51,176 nucleotides of DNA, from the NCBI RefSeq assembly GCF_001194135.2, contig NC_068983.1:46868724-46919899 (forward strand), in the 5' to 3' direction. The translations under genes and the position numbers were made by a program. Below are positions 35,750 through 46,723 of this stretch, piece by piece. How positions within the stretch are numbered: the stretch's first letter is position 1; each line of letters begins with the position of its first letter. The DNA is from Octopus bimaculoides. Lineage: Eukaryota. The notes beneath the pieces were generated by a model, which was given only the letters and a program-made list of their open reading frames with translations, ran no database searches and was not told the DNA's origin.

Positions 35750-36045
35750 ACTGGCACTCCGTCGGTTGCGACGACGAGTGTACCAGTTGATCCAATCAAC
35801 AAAACAGGCTGCTCGTGAAGATAACATGCAAGCAGCTGAGCATTTCACAGACAAGTGTACCCTTAACGTAGTTCTCAGAGAGATTCTGTGTGACACAAAA
35901 CGTGACATGAGTGGCCCTTTGAAATACAGGTACAACTGGTTTTTGCCAGCTGAGTGAAATAAAGTGGCTTGCTCAAGGAGATAACACACAAGGAATCGAA
36001 CTCACGACCTAACGACTGTGAGTCGAATTCACTAACCGCTAAGAC
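35750..36045 (-). mobile_element. Family C SINE
   Basis: Reverse complement of the shared core; B-box remnant gaatcgaactc. Confidence 0.7.
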
Positions 36046-36671
36046 AGGCGTCTTTACACGCACGCTGGCGTGCGCACGGACACACACACGCACGCACGCA
36101 CATACCTTTTACTTGTGTCAATCATTAGACTGCGGTCATGTTGGAGCACCATGCATATGCGTGTATGTCCGTATGTATGTATGTCCGTATGTATGTATGT
36201 CTCTTTGTGTTTGTCCCCAACATAACTTGACAACTGGTGTTGGTTTGTTTACGTCTCTGTAACTTAGCGGTTCGGCCTAAGAAACCGATAGAATAAGAAG
36301 GTGCCTAAAAAGAAAAAGAAAAAATAATAAGTACTGGGGTGGATTTGTTCGATTCAAACCTTTAAGACGGTGCTCCGGCATAGCCGCACTCCAGTAATAG
36401 AAACGAATAGATGATACTCTCCACAAACATTTCAGGCCTTGTGCCTAGAGTAGAAAAGAAAAGAATATTGATCCGTAATTTTATTCCGCCGAGGTCGACT
36501 TTGCCTTTCATCCTTTAGAGGTCGATAAATTAAGTACCAGTTGCGTACTGAGGTCGATGTAATCGACTATACCCACCCCAAATTTCAGGCCTATAATAGA
36601 AAGGATTATTATTATTATGAAGGCGGCGTGCTGGCAGAATCTTTAGCACGCTAGGCGAAATGCTTTGCGGT

Positions 36672-38391
36672 CTCTGTGAAGTTTATGTTGAACTGTTTAT
36701 TGAATTGTTGCCAAAGTTGTTAATTCATTAATTGTTTTATTTCCCATTCTGGGAAAATGGAGAAGACGCCGGAGGCAGGCCCAAGTTATGCGGCCGCAAC
36801 GGGCAAAGGAGTAGATACGCGAGAGTTGGAGGTCCGCGAGGTAAAAGTGGAGCCTAGAAAGATGAAAGAGAGTGAGAAATTACTCTCAAAGGAAGGAAAC
36901 ATTTTGAAGCTAACACCGCCTGAAGAGCTATCGGCCAACATGACAAAAAGAACGACTATATTTAAAACCATGAAGGCAGCCACGAGTAAGATAGAAATAG
37001 CACCAATAGAGGCCATAGAAGAATGTGTTAAGAATATAAAAAGATTCACAACATATATTACGAGAGGGAGAAGATACGCCACTGTGGAGGTGCGCTTCAC
37101 AACGGAGGAGGAAGCAATAAAACACTCCACAGAGGCAATAAGGACAGAGGAATGGGTGCACTTACCTTCGTACTGCGGCAAACGTATGGCCAAGGTGCCA
37201 GTGGGTAAGGTACCACCCGAATTGAAAGAAGAATGGCTAATGACAGCCATAACGTACAACATGAAAGACGGGAAGATACTGAATGCTACAAGGACCCAGA
37301 AGGTAGATTACTGGGGATACGGGATCGAATTAACGATTCAGGCAACAACAGAAGACTTGAACAGTGTAGTGGAGGAGATTGTGCTGCCAGAAGATGTGAG
37401 ACTGAGAGTTACTGTGGAGGGTAGGCTACCAGTGTGTTTCACATGTGGAGAAAGGGGCCACATGAAGGCATGGTGCACCCAAAGAAAGCCACAAACAGAA
37501 CAGGAGGAGAGTTTGGACCAAGTAGTACAGGACAAGGCAACGGAAAAAGATACAGAAAAAGAAGCGGAGAAGGGATTCACAAAAGTTAAAAAGAAAAGAA
37601 GGAGCGGAGGAATGAGTTCTCCGCCAGAGAAGCAGAAAAAGAAGAGAAAAGAGGTGAGAAAAGAAACTGTGAAGGAGGGCAGTAGGAAGGAAAAAAGAAG
37701 TGGAGTTACCAGAGGAGAAAGTGTCGGAAACCCAAGGTGAGGTAGAGAGACTATTTATGGAAGAAGAGAAGAAAGAACCAAGGGTTCAGGAGAAGGGAAG
37801 GAACATATGAGGAGGAAAAGAAGTATGGTATTATGTAATGTACCCCAAAAATGTTGAAACAGAAAAAAATAATCAAGTTACACTCAATAGTAAGAGTGAA
37901 GATGCCTTCATACGTCTACGCAGAGAATATGAAGGCAATATTGATAGAAGAGGAAAACTACAGAAAATTGAAAGAGATGTGTGGAGATAACGTTGACCCG
38001 CCAGGAGTGGAGGTGGAGTTTAAAGAGTTGCCACCAGTGGTGGATTTAAGAGATATCGAACCGCTAATGAAGTTCTTCTAAAGACAAAAAAAGTATGAAA
38101 TTAAGGAAAAAAAGAACAATTGTAAATAGTACATATAACGGTTCAAATGGACCCATTTACTGCCGGCTGATACTGCGCTTGCGTGGTGAATTTGAAAAAT
38201 TATAATGTATAAAGAGGAGACACGTGTTAAAAGTCTTATAATTATAGTAAATGGGTCCATTTTTATGTTTTCATTTTTATGTAACTTTCATTTCATTTAT
38301 ATTCGTTTTATGTTTTTTGTCCCCACTGTGGCCTTGTCTGTCCTTGTGGTGTCCCCATTTATGTTTAGGGCTTTATGCCTAATAAAGAAAT
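36672..38391 (+). mobile_element. ORF1-only (half-LINE) Tx1/L1-type non-autonomous retroposon
   Basis: 85-nt 5' UTR, gag-like ORF, about 310-nt 3' UTR ending aataaagaaat, and no endonuclease/RT ORF. It splits a family A SINE (36620-36671 and 38392-38545) with an imperfect TSD cggt/cgct. Confidence 0.75.
36757..38081 (+). pseudogene. LINE ORF1/gag-like nucleic-acid-binding protein (RRM-like region plus CCHC knuckle), 3' part frameshifted
   Basis: 327-aa open frame with N-terminal SYAAA, VEVRFTTEEEA, KVPVGKVPPEL and CFTCGERGHMKAWC (CX2CX4HX4C, 37435-37476). It appears to continue via +1 shifts at A-runs (about 37690 and 37865), with one TGA (37808), to TAA at 38081. Confidence 0.8.
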
Positions 38392-38799
38392 CGCTATTTT
38401 GTCGGTCTTTATGTTCTGAGTTTAAACTCGGCCGAGGTCAACTTTGCCTTTCATCATTTCGGGGTCGATTAAATAAGTACCGTCGATGTAATCGACTTAA
38501 TACCCTCCCCAAGCTGTCACAAGGGCAGCTTGGGGATGGTATTAAAATTTGAAATCATCATTATCATAAAGGCGGCGAGCTGGCAGAATCGTTAGCACCC
38601 TAGGCGAAATGCTTAGTGGTATTTCGCTCGTCGCTACGTTCTGAATTGAAATTCTACCGGGGTTGTTGACTTTGACTTTCATCCTTTCGGGGTCGATAAA
38701 CTAAATACCAGTGATACACTTGGGTCGATGTAATCGACTATTCCCTCCCCCAAGTTTCAGGCCTTGTACCTGTAGTAGAAAGGATTATTACTATTATTT

Positions 38800-39440
38800 T
38801 TAAATATATATCTATATAGGGTAGTAAATTTTTAGAAAATTCACCACCAGTGGCCTAGCATGCATAAAAAGTCAATAGACAACATATTCTCAATATAAAA
38901 TAATGTACATTTAATCACAAGAGAAACTACATTCAACAAGCAGTTTTACACGCTAGAAGTAGTCAAAACGACCAAAACCACATTTAAGAGCAATCTTCAA
39001 AAGGAATGTAAAATAAAAACTTTTTACCTTGTTATTTTATTCCGGTCAGACCTAAGGTTTCTGGATTCTTTTAGCAAATAAAATAATTTGCTACGCGAAA
39101 TCTCTCTTCAGTGACTGCGCCATAACAACTAACATATAATTATAAGACTTTTAACACGTGTCTCCTCTTTATACATTATAATTTTTCAAATTCACCACGC
39201 AAGCGCAGTATCAGCCGGCAGTAAATGCATATATGCCGAACTAAACTTCTAAAAATAGCTAAAAACATATACGTAAAATGTATATAGGACAGTAAATTTT
39301 TTCCTTTTCCTATATTTCTGATGAAGAGCTCAGCTCGAAACGTGAAATCCTCTTTCTTTTCTTTCCTTTCCCGAGCGTCCAATAACACTGTACTTAGTCC
39401 ACGTCCTCGCGTTGTTTTTTCGTGTTTTTTTCTTGCTTGT
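38800..39440 (+). mobile_element. Penelope-like element remnant (pseudo-LTR region)
   Basis: Inferred mainly from the minimal hammerhead at 39314-39348 followed by a pyrimidine-rich trailer. Only weak GIY-YIG-like traces (ETTFNKQF; LFSDC) lie upstream, and they are not reliable. Confidence 0.5.
39271..39348 (+). ncRNA. Hammerhead ribozyme motif
   Basis: attt-CTGATGA(39318-39324)-a-gagc-tca-gctc-GAAA(39337-39340)-cg-t-g-aaat: conserved core, 4-bp stem II, attt/aaat stem I and palindromic ACGT stem III. Confidence 0.72.
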
Positions 39441-40395
39441 TCATGTTTGGATTAATTATATAGGGGGAGAGAGAGAGAGAATATAAGGGCTTTACTTCAC
39501 TGGTGATCTAAACGAACGAATAATTACGCTATAATTGGTCATCCGTTAGGTTCGAAGTTCACAGGTGAGGCTGGAGCTAGGGTTCCGTTGTAGGCTTCCG
39601 AGTTAGCAGGTATATATTGAAGGAAAAAGGACAACAAAAACCAAGTCGTTTAGGTGAATTTCAGGTCATTAAATTAATTAATTAATTAGTTAATTAATTA
39701 ATTAATCATTGGGTGTCTTACAGCTGTTCCTTGGATATACCAAATGATAGGTTAGCATCTCTGTACACTGAGTATTCCGTCATCAGAATAAGTATAAAAA
39801 AAACCCCGCATTATTTATGGGATGACCCAAAAGAAGATAATTCCCGAAAGATGCTGCGCCGTGAGACTGAACTCAAAACCACATGGTTGCAAAGCAAGCG
39901 TCTTACCACACAACCATGCTTGCAATATTCACTTGCTCATTTATCAAATTCTGAAGCTCACATTCTCACAAAAGTCTATCTTTAATCTCTTACTCTCAAG
40001 AGTCGATAGAATAAGGACCTGGCAAAGTACCGGGTATTGCTTATATAATCGATTATCGAACTCCACCCTTTAAACTGCGTAGCATTATTCTAACACTGGA
40101 AAGATATCGGTATCGATTAAATCAAGAGTTGGAAATATACGGAAGAGTAAAATATGGTATTTGTTTGTGTTTTTGGTTCTTCATTTTTGTAATAAATATA
40201 TCAAAAATGAAAATATTGCACAATTTTTTTTGTCTTTAAGTTATTTGCTGAATTTTGTTGCCAAGTTGCTAATACTTGGATAATAAATTATCGATATCTG
40301 CTGCCATCTGTTTTCTTTCTTAGTCTGTCTGTCTGTCTCTGCGTCCGTCTATGTGCCTGTCTCCCCACAACTCTCTCTTTCTCTGTGTGTATGTG

Positions 40396-40442
<47 letters not shown>

Positions 40443-41384
40443 CTCTCTATATACGTATACTGTATTTTCATTTATTCATTAATTCATTTACTTGTTTCAG
40501 TCATTTGACTGCGGCCATGCTGGAGCACCGCTTTTAGTTGAACAAAGCGATTCCAGGACTTACTCTTTGTAAGCCTAGTACTTATTCTATCGGTCTCTTT
40601 TGCCGAACCGCTAAGTTACGGGGACGTAAACACACCAGCATCGGTTGCCAAGCGTTGTTGGGGGTACAAGCACAGACACACAAGCATATACTTAATATGC
40701 ATACATACATACATGCATGTATGCATACATGTATATATATTAATACATACATGTGTACATATATATATATATATACACACATGTGTACATATATATATAT
40801 TATATATACGCACACATGTTCATACACACACATACACATGTACATGTGTGCATTTATATATCTATATGTATATATATATAGAGTTATTAATATTTCTAAG
40901 TCTCTCTAAAGGAGACTACGGCAGCGGTACTGGAAATTAATAGTTATCGCCAAGCCAACATGGCAGTCCCAAAATTAGGACGAAAGCTGCCGTGAATTAG
41001 CTCCAAGAAGCCATCGCCTCTAGCTAGCTATGTGACACATGAAACCTGTGTCCTTTATAACCTTCGAACGGGGGAGGTCAGCAGTTTCCCCTTGCTGGTT
41101 TGGCATCTGCAGACTAGTTTCAGGGTGTTGCCCCTTGTCAATGCAGAGCAGCCAAGACTGCCATGTTGGCTTGGCGATAANNNNNNNNNNNNNNNNNNNN
41201 NNNNNNNNNNNNNNNNNNNNNNNNNNNNNNNNNNNNNNNNNNNNNNNNNNTATATATATATATATATGCGTATATATATGCATGCACACGTATTTATGTG
41301 TACGTGAATGTGTTGTAAACCACATGACTAAACGCTGTTTTTTCTCTGTTAAACATTAAAACAATCTGTATGGGAGTGAGGCAA

Positions 41385-42250
41385 GGACCCTTAACACCCT
41401 TGCTTCACACCCATATAACGCTATTGGTCAGACCAGGGTATCTAGAAGCTCCAGCCTGATGATTTTGCTGAAGTCCATTTTGTATCGAGTGACTTCAGGG
41501 TTGATCTTCTTGCAGCAAGACTTCCTCCGGTTTTTTGACTGCCGCCGGCTGTTTTGTCAACATTGAGGTTCAGGTACTTGAATTTGTCAACCTGGGCTAG
41601 CGTGGTCCCTTGGCGTCGCACGATAAGTTGCACTGGTTCCCCAGGGCTGCAATGATCTTGGTCTTTTGGTGGTGATCTTCAGTTGAAACTCGCTAGAGAC
41701 TTAACTAAGTTTGTCAATCAGTATCTGGAATTCAGCCAGCGTGGTAGCGATCAGCACTCTGCCGATGAGGTAGTGATCCTCATCATAACGCAGGCTACCA
41801 GCCACCAGCCACTGACCCATACACTGACCCATTACAGATGATCTCGTCAGAGGTGAAACAATATATCCTTGCCAAACAAGGTGGCGAGCTAGCAGAATCG
41901 TTAACACGCCGGGCGAAATGCTTAGCGTTATTTCGTCTGTGTTAACGTTCTGAGTTCAAATTCCATCGAGGCTGACTTTGCCTTTTATCCTTTCGGGGTC
42001 GATGAATTAAATGCCAGTTGCGTACTGGAGTCGATCTAACCAACTGGCCTCATCAAAACTTTCGTGTATTGTGCCTAGAGTAGAAAAGAAAATATCCTTT
42101 CCAAATTCCTTTCCTTAGGCAAAACCAATTTGTATGCTCGTGATCTCCTGTAATAACTGCTGACCAATGTACAGTTTGTCAACTGCAGAATCTTTGATTT
42201 CGATTATCTCTAACATTTTCCCACAAAGTGGAATGCTGGACTGAGTCGAA
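41385..42250 (-). mobile_element. Degenerate RTE LINE reverse-transcriptase fragment split by a family A SINE (about 41878-42090)
   Basis: Minus-strand DSVQHSTLW, VWQGYIVSPL, LRYDED..LIATTLAEFQILIDKL, VDKFKYL and PIALYGCE. The SINE is flanked by an imperfect TSD atatcctt(g/t)ccaaa. Confidence 0.7.
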
Positions 42251-43247
42251 AGTTTTTTTTTTTATTTAATAATTCATTTTTATATAAAATAGATAAATGT
42301 CACATATAATGGAACATTATGTTACTTGAGTTTCTTCTGATGAGGATCCTGATATAAAAAGTCTAGTTTCTCGTGCCCTCTCCCTTGCGAAACCTCATCT
42401 AAACCTCCACGAATTGCAGTTCAGCATTTCGTTCCATCCTCTTCAGCAGAATTCTCACCATGATCGTGCTGGTGTGGTTGATGAGAGCTATGGTACGGTG
42501 CTCTTAACAATCAACAGTGTTTGCAACCATGGATGGGTACCAACCAAATCTACAACATTATGATAATGGGTCACTCCTTGGTCGCTGGTTGAAGTGTGTC
42601 GCAAACTTCTGTGTGTATCCAGGATTTCAGTGAGGCTCAAACTATAATATAACTGGAAGTTATATTGACTGAAGATTAGAAAAAGAAACTACAAGAACCA
42701 GTAAACGACTCAATCTTGATGTCAAATCTGTTGAGGTAACACTAGAGGCCTATAATATAAAAGTCAGCAGCAAATTCAAGGTTTTGAGGGTACACGAAAA
42801 GGAATGTTACCTTCATGAACTGCTTGAGGATTTTAAGTAAAGGCGAAGACCACAACAGTAAAGATACTGAGTGAAGGACTCCGGAAAATCAATCTATCCT
42901 GGATATCTGAGAATATTCTTCGGCTGAGGATCAGCAAACACACACTGGTGGTTGAGCAGAGATACAAAGAGGATCATGCTCGAAACGTCACATGTCCTTA
43001 TCTTTCTACTTGCTCTACAATACATTTCAACGCTTCAAAAAACAAACTCATGTTTGTTTACATATGACATAACACACACACACACACGCACACACATAAT
43101 GAAAAATAATCAAAGGACTGGTACTTAATTTATCGACCCCAAAAGGATGAAAAACAAAGTCTACCTCGGTTGAATTTGAACGCGGAACGCACTAAATGTC
43201 GTTAAACATTTTAGCCGGCATGTCATCGATTCTGCCAGCTCGTTGCC

Positions 43248-43323
<76 letters not shown>

Positions 43324-43478
43324 TAATTATTATAATGATGATGATGATGACAATAATCTCTCAATTATAATAAAGATTTGTATGTATGGTGCACGTGCAT
43401 GTTTGTATATATGTACATATGTCCATACATACATTCATATATATATGTACGTATGTATGCATGTGTGTGCGTGTGTAC

Positions 43479-43516
<38 letters not shown>

Positions 43517-44399
43517 TTGTGTGTGTGTAGAAACACGTAGATGCATTAAGCAATCAGCTTTCGATGGACTTCAGTAATAGTTCCGAGCTGAGAACATTCA
43601 ATAAAGCTACTTTAAATATTGAATTGAGATTAAAAAAAAAAAGAAAAAGAGGAAGAAGGAAAAGAAACAAAGAAGCTCAGCTTCTGTCATCTCATACCAT
43701 TTCTATTCCTTTCTCTTTTACATTCCATCTTTTTGTTCTTCTTCTTCTTTTTCCGGTTTTCATACCTGCCGATGTCTTAATTGTCTGCTTGTTGTTATAG
43801 AAAGACTTTCTACCAACCGACCAACCTTCTGAAAGAGTGTTCGCAATTCATTTCTTTCTTTTTAATATTTCACTTCATTTGGCTTCATCTTGATGCCAAA
43901 AGAGAACTCTATTGATGTCTGAGTTGAATTTTTTTTGTTTGTTTGTTCCATTCTACCATTATTCTTTCATTATGAAACTGTGCGTTTTGATATTGTTGTT
44001 GGAATTTTTTTCTTTCATTTTTTTTTTGCTTCGTTTTCATTGCTTTTGATTTTATCTTCTGTGTAGAGATTGATGAAAAAAAACAAAAAAAAACTTCTAG
44101 TTCCTTTTATTTCATATTCATAAAAGCCAACTAACAGGTTTCTATTCCATTTCTCAAATAGATTAACCGATTTTGGGGGTGAATAGATGGATAAATAGAT
44201 GGACGAGTGAAGATGATTTAGGTACGATTTTTGATATATAACGATTCTTTACATTGGCCATAACATAATTCGAAGAAACAAATATTGAGGATAGAACTAT
44301 TCAACATCTTTATCATTGTTATTTATACTGAACCCCACAGGGAGGATAAAAATCAAATATCGCCTCTCCTTCTTTAAACAAAACATAGAGAAACCTACT

Positions 44400-45061
44400 T
44401 AAATATCGGTTTTATATTTTGGTACAAGTCCAGCAAATTCGGGGCAGAGTGTAAGTCGATTATATCAGTCCCCAGTGCTCAACTGATACTTATTTCGTCG
44501 ACCCTGAAAGGATGAAAAGAAAAAACAACCTCGGTGGAATTTGAACTCGGGACAGAAAGATGGATGAAATGCTGCGAAGCATTCGCCCGGCGTACGAACG
44601 ATTCTGCCAGCTCACCACCTTAAAACCCTAATTAAATATCGATTTCACATTTAGGTACAAGCCCAACAAGTTCGAGGGAGGGGTAAGTCAATTACATCGA
44701 CCCCAGGGCTCAACTGTTACTTATTTTATCGATCCTGAAAGGCAAAGTCAACCTCGGCGGAATTTGAATTCTGAACATAAAGACGGACAAAATACTGCGA
44801 AGCATTTAGCCGGGCGTGCTAACGTTTCTTATTTCTTTATTGCCCACAAGGGGCTAAACATAGAGGGGACAAACAAGGACAGACAAAGGGATTAAGTCGA
44901 TTACATCGACCCCAGTGCGTAACTGGTACTTAATTTATCGACTCCGAAAGGATGAAAGGCAAAGTCGACTTCGGCGGAATTTGAACTCAGAACGTAACGG
45001 CAGACGAAATACCGCCAAGCATTTCGCCCGGCGCGCTAACGATTCTGCCAGTTCGCCGCCT
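44400..45061 (-). mobile_element. Head-to-tail trio of family A SINEs
   Basis: Three same-orientation copies. The first two share an aaatatcg..ttt....tt.ggtacaag end; the third (44828-45061) is near consensus with the aataaagaaata tail. Confidence 0.8.
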
Positions 45062-46668
45062 NNNNNNNNNNNNNNNNNNNNNNNNNNNNNNNNNNNNNNN
45101 NNNNNNNNNNNNNNNNNNNNNNNNNNNNNNNNNNNNNNNNNNNNNNNNNNNNNNNNNNNNNNNNNNNNNNNNNNNNNNNNNNNNNNNNNNNNNNNNNNNN
45201 NNNNNNNNNNNNNNNNNNNNNNNNNNNNNNNNNNNNNNNNNNNNNNNNNNNNNNNNNNNNNNNNNNNNNNNNNNNNNNNNNNNNNNNNNNNNNNNNNNNN
45301 NNNNNNNNNNNNNNNNNNNNNNNNNNNNNNNNNNCTACTGGTGTCTATTGAGATGAAAACAATTACTGCCGTGGAATGTAAACAACATGTTCTAACTGTG
45401 TCATGGGATCTTTTCCCTTGAATAAAATTAGTGCCGTTGTTTGTCAACAATAACTATCGGTGGTTTTAGTCGAACAAATCGACTGTAGGATTTATTTTTT
45501 AAAAAAGCCTAATACTTATTCTATCGGTCCCTTTAGCCGAATCTCTAAGTTACGGAAACATAAACTCACCAACACCGGTTGTCAAGCAGTGGTGGAAGAT
45601 AAAGACACACACACACAGAGAAATATATATATATATACGACGGGCTTCTTTTAGTTTCCATCAACCAAATCCATTCACGAGGCTTTGGTTGGCCCGAGGC
45701 TATAGTAAAAGATATTTACCCAAGGTACCACACTGGGACTGAACCCGGAACCATGCTGTCGAGAAGCAAGCTTCTTACCATAGAGCCACGCCTATGAGAA
45801 CAGAATTATTTCTTTCATAGGCTTAAGATGAGAAATTTTGGAGTGGATTATATATAATCCAATAGATTCCAATACTTGATTAGTATTTATTTTGGCGACT
45901 TTTGAAGAATGGAGGCAATCTCGACTCGGGCAGAATTTGAAATTAGAACGCAAAGCGTCTTTAGTGAATTAGACATTGCGTTATCTACTTCAGTAGACAT
46001 CTCTGGCATGCCAACCACTAATTTAGCTTTGAAGGAAACTTTCGCAGGATCACTATAACATATACATCTAGGTGAAACACTTCTCAACGTTTAACAGAAT
46101 AAAACAACTTGAAGAAAATCCTTAAACAGGAACAATAATAGTTTTATTCATTGTGGTGTGTGCTGCAACTTTACAGATAATAGTTACTCATTGTTGTGTA
46201 TGCGACATAGTATATAACAATAACTTGAAACAAAGACGATACATCTTATAACCGGAAGATGGTTGTAAGAACAACCTACATACGCTCAACGCTTCTCATT
46301 GAAAGCTCAAATGCAAAAAGGGAAGATTAACTTTCGTTTCTTCCTTTTATAATACGTGGAGCGGAAATTCATGTAACGTTCACATCATCCGGAAATTCGT
46401 GGAATGTTCCAGAACATTCTACGGAAGGTCACTCAAGCTACATCCCCTTTTTAATTTTTTTTATTTAATTAGCTGAGAGGGCGCTACAGGTCATACCTAC
46501 ATATCACAAGGCATTTTTCCGGCGTTTCACTGTCCTATTACATAAAAGTACAGCTGTTGCTCATAAGCAAGTAGGGCTAGCGGATAGGTACCATGCTAAT
46601 TGTTTTAGGTACATAGGAAGGGTGTGTAGGGGGGATGATCAAAAAGTGTCAGGACTGGTGCTGGATCT

Positions 46669-46723
46669 CTAAAACCCAAACCCTAACCCTAAGACCCTAA
46701 CCCTAAAACCCTAAAGCTAAAAC
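46669..46723 (-). repeat. Short degenerate (TTAGGG)n tract within a dispersed repeat
   Basis: ctaaaacccaaaccctaaccctaagaccctaaccctaaaaccctaaagctaaaac. Confidence 0.8.

Noticed and set aside
25878-36600. A vault RNA gene next to the TEP1-like gene
   Set aside because: All A/B-box pairs I found belong to multi-copy SINE heads, and none shows a vtRNA panhandle plus terminator. A covariance search would be needed to exclude a divergent copy.
36757-37740. LTR-retrotransposon or retroviral gag, or a domesticated host gene
   Set aside because: No LTRs, PBS, PPT or pol. The LINE-type 3' tail, the insertion splitting a SINE, and the 3' frameshifts argue for a decayed non-LTR element.
42338-42400. 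Other CTGATGA/CTGAAGA occurrences (42338, 35373, 32887, and minus strand near 42440)
   Set aside because: None has a correctly placed stem II, GAAA and NUH with pairing stems.
42961-42995. Second hammerhead (gag..gctcGAAACGTC-aca)
   Set aside because: The 3' half is present but CUGANGA is destroyed and stem II has a G-G mismatch. At most a dead Penelope-type remnant.
34293-46723. Functional link between the TEP1-like gene and nearby TTAGGG tracts, or a telomerase-RNA template
   Set aside because: The tracts are degenerate, embedded in dispersed repeats and 8-20 kb from the gene end. I found no isolated template with pseudoknot or H/ACA context. Proximity is best treated as coincidence.
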